Shown here in pieces: positions 18,899-28,214 of a stretch of 64,000 bases of DNA; positions within the stretch are counted from its first letter, which is position 1, and each line of letters begins with the position of its first letter. The position numbers and the translations under genes are program-made. Origin of the DNA: a virus (lineage: Duplodnaviria; Caudoviricetes); the IMG/VR virus record IMGVR_UViG_3300021425_002620. One strand, given 5' to 3'. The notes under the pieces were generated by a model. It did not search any database. It was not told the DNA's origin and was given only the letters and a program-made list of their open reading frames with translations.

Positions 18899-20368
18899 AT
18901 GGCATATACTATAGACAGATTCAGCAAGACCCCTTTAACAACAGTTGAAGATGGTACGCTAAATGAAACAACAGACATAAAGTTTGTTGGTAAAAATTAT
19001 GCAGGTTATGGAGAAGTACATAATGAAAACTTCCTGCATATGATGGAACATTTTGCAGGAGCAAATCAACCACCTAAACCTGTAAGCGGACAAATTTGGT
19101 ACGACACAGGCTCAGACAGAATGAAGTTCCGTGATGAAAACAGTTCATGGCGTTCAATTGGAGGCGCAGAAGTTTCAGGAACACAACCAGCTGGATTAGC
19201 ACAGGGTGATTTTTGGTGGGATAGTGCAAACGAACAACTATATGTATACAATGGCGCAACGTTTATCTTGATTGGTCCTCAAGACGCAGGCGAAGGTGTT
19301 ACACAAATGGTTAGTCAAACCATACTTAACTCTGCAGATGTATCTAAAAGTATTATTGTTGCATATGTAAATGATGTTGCACAGTTTGTTATTTCAAATG
19401 AAGCGTTTACTATTAAACCAGTTGAAGGAAATAGTATTTCAGGTTTTGATGATATTAAAGCAGGTATTACTTTACGTGATGCAAACAGCACTACTGGTGT
19501 TAGTAGTTCTAAATTTTGGGGAACAGCAGCAAACGCTGAAAGACTAGGAGGAATTGATGCTTCTAGTTTTGTTCAAGCAGGAAATGCAATATTTAATGAT
19601 CAAATAGAATTGGCAAATGGTTTAGTTGTTAACAATGTTTTTGAATTTATTACAAACAATACCGCAGGAGTAATTAAAAACTCTAGTGGACCAGACAATG
19701 AAATACATTTTATTACACTTGACGCAACAAGTCAACCAGTACATTCAATAACTATTAATGCAAATGGTTTGTTACCAGGTACAACTGCTGGTGATTACCA
19801 TCTTGGTACTAGTGATAAATCCTTTGATCAAGTATGGTCAGAAGAATTTAAAGGAACAGCAGATCAAGCAGACAAATTAAAAATAGGTTTAACTGGAAGT
19901 AGTTACACTTATGCCAGTGAAACAGCAACAGCATCAACTATAGCAGTCCGTGATAGTAATAATACTATTTCAGCAGATATATTTGAAGGTGTAGCAACAA
20001 GTGCAAGATTTGCTGACTTGGCTGAAAAATATACAACAGAAAAGATTTGGCCAGTTGGTACAGTTATGTACATATGCGAAGACCCTGCATTTGAAGCAGC
20101 ACCTGCTCAACTAGATTCCTATCCAATTGGCGTAGTTTCAGCTGATCCAGCATACTTAATGAACTCAGCAATTAAAGGACAAGCACTTGCACTTGAAGGT
20201 CGTGTTCCAGTCAGAGTTGTAGGATCTGTAGTAAAAGGTGATAAATTATATGTAGATGCCGAAGGTACTGCAAGCACTCACTTTAATGGTAACCCATTAA
20301 TAGGAATAGCATTAGAATCAAATTCAGCTGAAGAAGAAAAGTTAGTAGAGTGTATATTACGCCTTTAA
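18899..20368 (+). CDS. Virion fibre/spike protein with C-terminal peptidase G2-like autocleaving chaperone domain
   Basis: Shared N-terminal module; C-terminus ADLAEKY...GVVSADPAYLMNS...ALEGRVPVRVVG...KGD matches the IMC autoproteolytic (peptidase G2-like) pattern. Confidence 0.7.
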   Translation: MAYTIDRFSKTPLTTVEDGTLNETTDIKFVGKNYAGYGEVHNENFLHMMEHFAGANQPPKPVSGQIWYDTGSDRMKFRDENSSWRSIGGAEVSGTQPAGLAQGDFWWDSANEQLYVYNGATFILIGPQDAGEGVTQMVSQTILNSADVSKSIIVAYVNDVAQFVISNEAFTIKPVEGNSISGFDDIKAGITLRDANSTTGVSSSKFWGTAANAERLGGIDASSFVQAGNAIFNDQIELANGLVVNNVFEFITNNTAGVIKNSSGPDNEIHFITLDATSQPVHSITINANGLLPGTTAGDYHLGTSDKSFDQVWSEEFKGTADQADKLKIGLTGSSYTYASETATASTIAVRDSNNTISADIFEGVATSARFADLAEKYTTEKIWPVGTVMYICEDPAFEAAPAQLDSYPIGVVSADPAYLMNSAIKGQALALEGRVPVRVVGSVVKGDKLYVDAEGTASTHFNGNPLIGIALESNSAEEEKLVECILRL

Positions 20369-20383
20369 AATATTGGAGGAAAA

Positions 20384-21700
20384 ATGACCAACCGTATTGG
20401 AGAAGTAATTACATCTTCTACATTCAATGCAATTCGAGGACGAGTTAATCGGGTATTAGGAGTAGGTGACGGAACAACTCAAGGTTATGGTTTAGAACTC
20501 CAAAGCCAAGCAAAAGGTGACGGAGAAACTATTACCGCTGCTGACATGATTGCTCTATATAACGATATAGTCAGAGCAAGAATACACCAAAAAGGATCAA
20601 ATGATTTAGAGTGGACTAACCCTGAAGGTCTTGCTCCACCAAGTTCTGACGAAATTATTGGATATTATGCAGCCGATGTTAACGATTTGCCTAATCAAAC
20701 AAATAATACATATAACTTACTATGGGTGGACGGCGACAGAGGCATTGGGTTATACAATCCTTTGTTAGCAGGATCTGATTTAGAATTAAGAATTGTAACT
20801 AATGGTAGACTTTACGAAGTTAATATTACAGACGAAGGACAGGGATTTTCAGTAGGAGACACTATTTTAATTCCTGGAACTTTAGTGGGAGGTAGTTCTC
20901 CAGCAAATGATCTTACTATTACAGTAGTTACTATAGGGTCAAATGGAAATATTACATTTATCGATCCTGCACTACAAACAGGTGAAGCTAAGCCGCAACA
21001 GAGTTCATTAGGTGCTACAGAAGACATTAATGAAGGCTTTCAAGATTATCTTGATGCAGTTACAGACATTGAAAATGATAAAGATTTGATTGGACCCGGA
21101 CAGTCTTCAATAAAAATTGTTGCAACTTCGTCAAGAACATCTACATGGTCGAGTATAATTTATCATGCATTTGAAATAGAATGGGATACTGCTGATAATA
21201 GACGATACTTTTTTAATACAGGCGGAGAAATTAGATTTAATGCTAGTCTTACTGGAGGACTATCTGTACCTGGTACAGGAACAGCAGCGCCACCGAGCGT
21301 AAAAGATGAAATTTGGCAGTCTATGCTAGATAACGTTGGTACTGTATTTTTTGGAAAAAACAGAGTGTACGGAAACGGTACTGAAGGTACTGGAGTTGAA
21401 TATGGAAACTTTAGTGGAACTACAGAAGTTGACTGGGAATCAACATCTTCAGAAAATAGATTAAAAGTTTTTTCACAGACTGGAGTTGGAATTTATAGCG
21501 AAAATGAATATTATATTGATGTGTTTCAAAAGTCTGATACTATATTATCTTTTCAAATAGTTTTTAATGACGCAGATTTAGGCGATCCTAATGAAGATGA
21601 ATTTGTTACTGGTAGAATAGATACTTCGGTTAGTCTTAAATTAATTACTGGAGAACTAGCAGTTCCTGAACCAACTATTTTTGAAAGATCAGAATTATAA
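20384..21700 (+). CDS. Virion structural protein (paralog of the N-terminal part of 21745..25596)
   Basis: Shares LYND.V.AR.HQKGSN.L.W, GPGQ.SI and RRYFFNTGGE blocks with the next gene; carries an extra GFSVGDTILIPGTLVGGSSPANDLTITV module. Confidence 0.65.
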   Translation: MTNRIGEVITSSTFNAIRGRVNRVLGVGDGTTQGYGLELQSQAKGDGETITAADMIALYNDIVRARIHQKGSNDLEWTNPEGLAPPSSDEIIGYYAADVNDLPNQTNNTYNLLWVDGDRGIGLYNPLLAGSDLELRIVTNGRLYEVNITDEGQGFSVGDTILIPGTLVGGSSPANDLTITVVTIGSNGNITFIDPALQTGEAKPQQSSLGATEDINEGFQDYLDAVTDIENDKDLIGPGQSSIKIVATSSRTSTWSSIIYHAFEIEWDTADNRRYFFNTGGEIRFNASLTGGLSVPGTGTAAPPSVKDEIWQSMLDNVGTVFFGKNRVYGNGTEGTGVEYGNFSGTTEVDWESTSSENRLKVFSQTGVGIYSENEYYIDVFQKSDTILSFQIVFNDADLGDPNEDEFVTGRIDTSVSLKLITGELAVPEPTIFERSEL

Positions 21701-21705
21701 TTTAC

Positions 21706-21712
21706 ATAAATA
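21706..21712 (+). promoter_or_regulatory. T4-late-like promoter box ATAAATA
   Basis: Intergenic, upstream of AAGGGA and ATG 21745. Confidence 0.6.
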
Positions 21713-21744
21713 TACATACAATTAGAATTTAAAGGGAAACAAAC

Positions 21745-24700
21745 ATGCCGTTACAAATAGGAAGCGTAATTAGCAGAGCTGAGTATAATGCAATTCAGGC
21801 AAAAATTGCATCAGTTTTGGGCGACAACAATGTAGATCCAGAATTTGGATACGGTCGCGCCCTTGAGAGTTCACAGATTACAACTTCAAAAGTTATTGAG
21901 TCTGAAGATATGCTGGCTCTATACAATGATTTAGTTAAAGCAAGAACTCATCAAAAAGGATCAAACAATTTAGCATGGACTGGAGATGGTTTAGCTTCTC
22001 CGAGTGACGGAGAATTTATCGGAGTAGATGCAGCCGATATTGGAGCAAATCCACTAGATCCAGATGATATAAGTTCTACATATGCTTCTGCTGATACTAC
22101 AGAAGGTTTTGCAGATTTTGATTCAGCAGCTGATGATATTGTTACAGATCATGATCTTCTTGGCCCAGGACAAATGTCAATAATGGCAGGCACAACTTCG
22201 GTTAGAGATACCCAATGGGGCGGTAATGATGTTAGTGCTCCGGGTAGCTCTATCAATCATACAATTACAGTTACATGGGCAAATGCAGACGAGCGTAGAT
22301 ACTTTTTTAATACAGGCGGAGAATTACAATTTTCAGCAGACAATCAGCAGTCCGTTGCACTTCCAGACAATGCAAAAACTTTAAATTGGCGTAGTATGCT
22401 TAGTACACAAGGCGCCATTGTCTTTGGTAAAAACAGCACCGCAGCTAGTGGTACAAACCCGGGCAGCGGATCATCAATAGGTAATTTTTATTCACAATGG
22501 TCTAATACAAGTTCTAGTAACCCTGTAACAATATATACTAAAAGTGGTTCAGGTGTTTATGCTGAAAATAATTATACTATTAAAGCATGGGAAACAGCGT
22601 CAAACAGTTTAAGATTTGATATTATTTTCCAAGACGCAGATTTAGGTGAAGGCGGCCCTGCTCCAGATACTCCAGTTGACGAATTTGTTAAAGGGGAAAC
22701 AACTAGTTATCTTAATTACAAAGTAGCCACTGGCCTAGGTTTAACTAAGCCTGCTAACACTAACAACAGCACACTAAGTGGCTCGGCTAGTGGACAAACA
22801 AATTTAAGTATTAGTGTTGAAGACGGCGCAGGAAATACTATAACAGAAGTTGACGAAGGCGGCACAGTAGTATTCAAAGTTGAAACTGTTAATGTTGCAA
22901 CAGGAACAGAATTTAGTTATACTATTAGTGGCACCAATGTACAGCAAGAAGATATTAGTTTACCAGGTACATCAGGAACTATTACAATTGATAACAGCGG
23001 CCTCGCAGAAGTTTCTATGGTAATTAATGAAGATGAAACAACAGAAGGTATTGAAACACTAGTATTTACAGTTAGTGGTTTTGGCCCAACTGGTATAAGT
23101 TCATCTGTTACTATTAATGATACTAGCCAAAATGTTCAGTTTGCTCTAAGAGCTCAAACAAATAGTGTGAACGAAGGCGAAACAGTAGGTTATTGGTTAG
23201 ATGGAGGACAGACTGAACTTGATGGAGAAACAATATATTGGGATATTGATCCTCCTGCTAATGAATGGGTTGAAGCATCAGGTACTTTTGTATACGATGC
23301 TACTGCAACTTATAATGCAGCAAATCCTGCATTTACAATAACACCTGCACTAGACGAAGTTCTCAACGACTATTACTACGTAGATGTTAACATAAGAAGA
23401 AACGGACCAGACCAGCCTATAATTAGTAGCCAAGGTATTAATGTTTACAGTACTACTGAAGATCCATTTACGTTTAAGATTGACACAGCAGTAATTTATG
23501 ACGGTGATGGTGTTTCGTCTGGATTAAGAGGTAACTTTGATGATAAAAAGTTTACGTTCTATTTCCAATCTGATTCAGGAAATCTATCAGATATTGAATT
23601 TAGAGTAAGACCGATCAGCGGCGGCACACTTGTAAGTCCTAGTTTTGGTCCTACACAATATTTTAATTATACTGCAACTAGTTCTTCTTATACACAAATA
23701 ACATGGGAATTTAGTGCTGCAACAGTTGCTGAAATAGATGTTACGGGCAGAGGTAAGTTTACTTTTGGAACAGATACAAACTATAGTTTTAAAGACGCAC
23801 TTGGTGGTGATCAACAAGAATTTAAAGATAATGGATCTAAAGTTATAGATGTTATAAATTGGGGTAGAGAGTTTGAATTTACCTCGTTTGATTATATGTT
23901 TAATAACTGTCCGTTAACTATATTAACAGATACATCTAATCCATTTGCAAATCATACTGTTACAAATTGTGCAGGTATGTTTTTTAAGTGTAAAGACTTT
24001 ACTGGTCAATTATCAGGACTAAATTCATGGAATGTGAGTAGCGTTACAACAATGAATCAAATGTTCTTAGGTTGTACAGCGTTTACAGGTCCTATTAGTA
24101 ACTGGAGTGTGGGCAACGTTACAGATATGAAGAGCATGTTTGAACGAGCTCACTTGTTTAATACCGATATAGGCGGTTGGATAACAAGTAATGTAACTGA
24201 TATGACATCTATGTTTGAATGTGAGCATGACAATTCAACATACCCTCCAGCTAATCAGGGTACATTTAATCAAGATATTAGTGGCTGGGACGTAACGTCT
24301 GTTACAGGTATGAACAGAATGTTCTTCAATCATCAAGGATTTAACCAAAGTCTTACAGCATGGTGTGTTGATCATTTAGGCGGTACTAACCAACCAGTAG
24401 GATTTAATGGCGGTGAGTCTGCTTTAACTAATGCTAACTTGCCAGTGTGGGGAACCTGTGGCGGCGTAGTACCTCCAGGTTCGCTTCCAATCACTTTTGA
24501 AATTATCGGCGGCGGAGGCGGAGGAGCCGGACAAGGATTCTTCGGACAAGCTGACGGCAGCGCCGGTGGCACCACTAGTATAACATTTAGCCAAGCAGTT
24601 GGATTACCAGCTGCTACGTCTCAAGGCGGAGCCGGCGGCGCTAATGGAGCTAATGCTACTGATGGTGAATCGAGTGCGTATGGTTCAGGCGGTCCACAAG

Positions 24701-25596
24701 GTACATCAGGATCTAATCCTTCAGCAGGTGGCAATGCTCCTCTTAGTTCATATGGCGCCGGTGGCGGCGGTGGCGGCCAAGGCGAACTCACCGCCGGCGA
24801 ACCAGCAGCAGATGGCGGCCGAGGCGGCTCTGCTGCAACTAGAGTTACTAGGGGTCAAGAATATGGTAGTGAAGGAACAGCACAAATAATTGTTGGCGCA
24901 AAAGGCACATTTGGACAAAGTACAGATTTAAGCAAAGTTCCAGGAGGCTTTGGCGCACCTGGCTATTGCAAATTAACTACAGGCACAAATGGAATTGTTA
25001 GAGAATTTACAGAACCTGGAACTTATAACGTAAACATAGTTGCAAACCCAATAGAAGTAACTTATGCGCTAATCGGCGGCGGCGGAAGTGGCGGCGGCGG
25101 TTGGGGGAACGGAATTCCAGGACAGGCAGGCGGCGCCTCGACAATATCTAGTACAGATTTTTCAGTTACTGCTGAAGGCGGAGCAGGCGGAGGAGTCGTA
25201 AACGGAACATCATCAGCTGGCGAAGCAAGTGCTTACGGACCAGGAGGCGCAGGCGGCGCCAACTCTGACAGCAGTAACCAAACAGCAGGTGATAATGCAC
25301 CAAGCTCGTCATATGGCGCCGGTGGCGGCGGTGGCGGCTCTAATCCATTTGGCTCAACTGCTGGACAAGGTGGCAAAGCATCTACTCAACTAACAGGCAC
25401 AGAATATGCCCACGGAGCTCAAACTATTACAATAACAATTGGTGCTGGCGGCCCAAGAGGTCCTTCACAGGGTACTGAAGGTGGCTCTGGCGCTGGCGGC
25501 TTTGCAGCAATTACTATTAACGGCGGTACAGGCTCTACAAATGGTAATACTTATACATACAATAGTCCAGGAACATATACTTTAAATATTAGTTAA
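21745..25596 (+). CDS. Mosaic virion adhesin/fibre: structural N-domain, Calx-beta-like domains, BspA/DUF285 repeats, two Gly-rich modules
   Basis: VDEGGTVVFKVETVNVATGTEFSYTISG...EDETTEGIETLVFTV (Calx-beta-like); WNVSSVTTMNQMF, WSVGNVTDMKSMF, WITSNVTDMTSMF, WDVTSVTGMNRMF (DUF285-type repeats); GGGGGGAG/SSYGAGGGGGG modules. Confidence 0.75.
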   Translation: MPLQIGSVISRAEYNAIQAKIASVLGDNNVDPEFGYGRALESSQITTSKVIESEDMLALYNDLVKARTHQKGSNNLAWTGDGLASPSDGEFIGVDAADIGANPLDPDDISSTYASADTTEGFADFDSAADDIVTDHDLLGPGQMSIMAGTTSVRDTQWGGNDVSAPGSSINHTITVTWANADERRYFFNTGGELQFSADNQQSVALPDNAKTLNWRSMLSTQGAIVFGKNSTAASGTNPGSGSSIGNFYSQWSNTSSSNPVTIYTKSGSGVYAENNYTIKAWETASNSLRFDIIFQDADLGEGGPAPDTPVDEFVKGETTSYLNYKVATGLGLTKPANTNNSTLSGSASGQTNLSISVEDGAGNTITEVDEGGTVVFKVETVNVATGTEFSYTISGTNVQQEDISLPGTSGTITIDNSGLAEVSMVINEDETTEGIETLVFTVSGFGPTGISSSVTINDTSQNVQFALRAQTNSVNEGETVGYWLDGGQTELDGETIYWDIDPPANEWVEASGTFVYDATATYNAANPAFTITPALDEVLNDYYYVDVNIRRNGPDQPIISSQGINVYSTTEDPFTFKIDTAVIYDGDGVSSGLRGNFDDKKFTFYFQSDSGNLSDIEFRVRPISGGTLVSPSFGPTQYFNYTATSSSYTQITWEFSAATVAEIDVTGRGKFTFGTDTNYSFKDALGGDQQEFKDNGSKVIDVINWGREFEFTSFDYMFNNCPLTILTDTSNPFANHTVTNCAGMFFKCKDFTGQLSGLNSWNVSSVTTMNQMFLGCTAFTGPISNWSVGNVTDMKSMFERAHLFNTDIGGWITSNVTDMTSMFECEHDNSTYPPANQGTFNQDISGWDVTSVTGMNRMFFNHQGFNQSLTAWCVDHLGGTNQPVGFNGGESALTNANLPVWGTCGGVVPPGSLPITFEIIGGGGGGAGQGFFGQADGSAGGTTSITFSQAVGLPAATSQGGAGGANGANATDGESSAYGSGGPQGTSGSNPSAGGNAPLSSYGAGGGGGGQGELTAGEPAADGGRGGSAATRVTRGQEYGSEGTAQIIVGAKGTFGQSTDLSKVPGGFGAPGYCKLTTGTNGIVREFTEPGTYNVNIVANPIEVTYALIGGGGSGGGGWGNGIPGQAGGASTISSTDFSVTAEGGAGGGVVNGTSSAGEASAYGPGGAGGANSDSSNQTAGDNAPSSSYGAGGGGGGSNPFGSTAGQGGKASTQLTGTEYAHGAQTITITIGAGGPRGPSQGTEGGSGAGGFAAITINGGTGSTNGNTYTYNSPGTYTLNIS
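24748..25338 (+). repeat. 30-bp exact direct repeat TCATATGGCGCCGGTGGCGGCGGTGGCGGC (24748-24777 and 25309-25338)
   Basis: Read directly; 561-nt (187-codon) spacing marks the tandem Gly-rich module duplication. Confidence 0.9.
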
Positions 25597-25599
25597 CAC

Positions 25600-25628
25600 T
25601 TGACAAAACTCCTATAAGACTATATAAT
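25600..25628 (+). promoter_or_regulatory. Perfect sigma70-type promoter TTGACA-N17-TATAAT
   Basis: TTGACA 25600-25605, TATAAT 25623-25628; SD GGAG 25647-25650; ATG 25658. Confidence 0.85.
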
Positions 25629-25651
25629 ATAATATAGAATCTTATAGGAGT
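25608..25651. repeat. Inverted repeat overlapping the promoter and the downstream SD
   Basis: ACTCCTATAAGA (25608-25619) / TCTTATAGGAGT (25640-25651), extendable by CTATAT/ATATAG with a 2-nt bulge. Confidence 0.85.
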
Positions 25652-25657
25652 AATCGT

Positions 25658-26002
25658 ATGGACGAACGACTTAAAAAAGCACTAGAACAAAGCGATCTAA
25701 TGGTTGTTCTTAATCAGCAAAAGCGAATAATCAAAGAGCAATATCAAGCAGACCTAGTACACTATCAAAATGGCTGTCAATTTACAGCAAATCAAGAATT
25801 AATTAGTTTTTGTCAAAGCATGATTCAACTTGGCCAAACACAATCTGTTGTTATAGATAACAACGGTATTCCATGTTTAATTGAAAATCTAGAAAATTTT
25901 GCAACTGATTTAGTTGAAACATATGCAGGTGCAACTAATGGATATTTCAATAAGTACGAAAAATTAAAAAAGCAAAGAAGTGTTGAAGGAATTGTATCAT
26001 AA
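25658..26002 (+). CDS. Hypothetical protein (possibly fibre assembly chaperone-like)
   Basis: 114 aa with clear promoter and SD, immediately after the fibre gene; the function guess rests mainly on position. Confidence 0.45.
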   Translation: MDERLKKALEQSDLMVVLNQQKRIIKEQYQADLVHYQNGCQFTANQELISFCQSMIQLGQTQSVVIDNNGIPCLIENLENFATDLVETYAGATNGYFNKYEKLKKQRSVEGIVS

Positions 26003-26823
26003 TGAATTCAGGTGTACTTGTATTTGCTTACAATAATGAAAAAATCAACTATATAGAGCAAGCAATTTATCTTGCATCTCGCATAAGCAAGTATTTAAAC
26101 TTGCCCACAAGTATTGTAACTGATACTATCAGCAAATTTGACGAAAGTTATTTTGATAAAGTTATAAGAACAGATCCTGCAAAGTATACACTAAAGACTT
26201 ATAATAACGGAACATCTAAAAATCACTCGTTAAGTTTTAAAAACGATAAACGGGTCTATGCTTACGATCTTTCTCCATACGACAATACTTTGTTAATGGA
26301 TACTGATTACATTATTGCTGATAGTGTTTTATCTAATTGTTTTGATTCTTGCTATGATTTTATGATTTATAAAGATGCAGTTGATTTAGCAGGGCATAGA
26401 GACTATTTTGAGTTTGACAAAATAAGCGAAACAGGTATAGACTTTTATTGGGCAACGTGTGTTTATTTTACAAAAACAAAAAAGAATAAAATATTCTTTT
26501 CTCTACTACAGCATATACAAGAAAATTATCAACACTATAGACAAGTGTATCAAATACAAACACCAGTCTACCGCAATGATCATGCTTTTAGTATAGCAAT
26601 TCATATGATGAACGGTTTTGAAAAAAATAATTTTGCAAAGAAAATGCCAGGTACAATGTTCTATACTACTGATAGAGACATCGTATACAGTATCAAGGAT
26701 GACGAATTTAAATTTTTACTAGAAAAAGAAAAAGTGTTGCATGAATATACACCTGCAACAATTAGCGGAAACAGTGTACATGTAATGAATAAATTTAGTT
26801 TAGCAGAGGTAATCAATGGATAA
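26002..26823 (+). CDS. GT-A fold glycosyltransferase (nucleotide-diphospho-sugar transferase)
   Basis: SGVLVFAYN N-terminus; LSPYDNTLLMDTDY with DxD motif. Confidence 0.7.
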   Translation: MNSGVLVFAYNNEKINYIEQAIYLASRISKYLNLPTSIVTDTISKFDESYFDKVIRTDPAKYTLKTYNNGTSKNHSLSFKNDKRVYAYDLSPYDNTLLMDTDYIIADSVLSNCFDSCYDFMIYKDAVDLAGHRDYFEFDKISETGIDFYWATCVYFTKTKKNKIFFSLLQHIQENYQHYRQVYQIQTPVYRNDHAFSIAIHMMNGFEKNNFAKKMPGTMFYTTDRDIVYSIKDDEFKFLLEKEKVLHEYTPATISGNSVHVMNKFSLAEVING

Positions 26824-27670
26824 AAATTTTATCTTAGTTGCTCAAAATACAAAATTTGATGATTATGTAAGACAAGCATGTGTTTGTGCAATGAGTATTC
26901 ATGCAACAAATAAAAATGCAAGCATAGCAATTATTACAGACGACGAAGTTCCTACACAGTATAAACATCTGTTTGATCATATTATTCCCATACCATGGGG
27001 TGATCTAGCAGAAAAATATGAATGGAAAATACACAATAGATGGAAAATTTATTTTGTTTCTCCTTACGAAAGCGCAGTTGTACTAGATACAGATATGTTA
27101 GTACTAGACGACCTTAGTACATACTTTAGTATATTTGAAAATTACGATATATGGCTTACTTCTAATGTATTAGATTACAGAGGAAATCGTGTATCAAATG
27201 ATTATTACAGAAAACGTTTTACAAAGTATAATTTACCAAATACATATTTTGGTTTGCACTACTTTAAGAAAAGTGATTTTGCTCTTGAATTTTACAAGTG
27301 GTTAGATATTATTACTAACAACTGGAAAGAATTTTACAAGTTTGGCAGCAGCACACTAATACAAAAAAATGCTAGTATGGATGTAACATCAGCAATGGTA
27401 GTTAGTATGCTAGGTTGCGAATCAAAAGTCACCAACAGTCAAATAGATGCACCAACTTTTGTTCATATGAAACCAAACATACAAGGTTGGCACGGAGTTA
27501 CTGAAAAGTGGCAAAATAAAATTGGTTCTTATCTAACAGATAACTTAGAGTTGTATGTTGGAAACTTTAAACAAAACGGAATATTTCACTATACTGAAAA
27601 AGATTTCCTTACTGACGACATTGTAAATGCATACAATAATATAATGGATATAAAACATGTTGAAATATAA
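26816..27670 (+). CDS. GT-A fold glycosyltransferase, paralog of the previous gene
   Basis: VSPYESAVVLDTDMLVL with DxD; YFGLHYFKKSD aligns with WATCVYFTKTK of the neighbour. Confidence 0.7.
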   Translation: MDKNFILVAQNTKFDDYVRQACVCAMSIHATNKNASIAIITDDEVPTQYKHLFDHIIPIPWGDLAEKYEWKIHNRWKIYFVSPYESAVVLDTDMLVLDDLSTYFSIFENYDIWLTSNVLDYRGNRVSNDYYRKRFTKYNLPNTYFGLHYFKKSDFALEFYKWLDIITNNWKEFYKFGSSTLIQKNASMDVTSAMVVSMLGCESKVTNSQIDAPTFVHMKPNIQGWHGVTEKWQNKIGSYLTDNLELYVGNFKQNGIFHYTEKDFLTDDIVNAYNNIMDIKHVEI

Positions 27671-28214
27671 AGTATATTTTGAAGAAGACTCTGGAGCAAT
27701 TTTAGCAATAACTAATATTGATCAAGAATATGATAATTTTTTTGAAATAGATTACGAAGATGTTGCACCATATGTTGAAGGCACAAAGACTGTATCTTTG
27801 TCAAAGGTAGTTTACAACATTAATACTTCAGAATATAATATTATATCAAAAGAAGAAAAACTCGAACTATTAATTGACGATCTGATTTATAAAATTACAC
27901 CAAAAGAAAACTATCAGTTAGGAGTTTGGAAAAACAATCCTAAAAAATGTTGGACAATTAACTTGTCAGACTCTTATAGGCAAGATCTTGAAAAAATTAA
28001 AAGCAGGCCAAACCAAAGTTTAATTTTTAGTATTACACAACACAACAATCCTAATATATTGTATAGACATTTTTCATGTATGTTAAATGATCTAATTGAT
28101 AATCCTAGTATTGATTTTGAATATGCAAGCCAAGACGAAGAAGAACTAACAAGATTTAGCGTATATACTAGTAGAAAGTTCGAAAAGTATACATGCGGGG
28201 TAATTGATGGCTAA
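27657..28214 (+). CDS. Hypothetical protein
   Basis: 185 aa ORF overlapping both neighbours; no recognisable motif. Confidence 0.6.
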   Translation: MLKYKVYFEEDSGAILAITNIDQEYDNFFEIDYEDVAPYVEGTKTVSLSKVVYNINTSEYNIISKEEKLELLIDDLIYKITPKENYQLGVWKNNPKKCWTINLSDSYRQDLEKIKSRPNQSLIFSITQHNNPNILYRHFSCMLNDLIDNPSIDFEYASQDEEELTRFSVYTSRKFEKYTCGVIDG

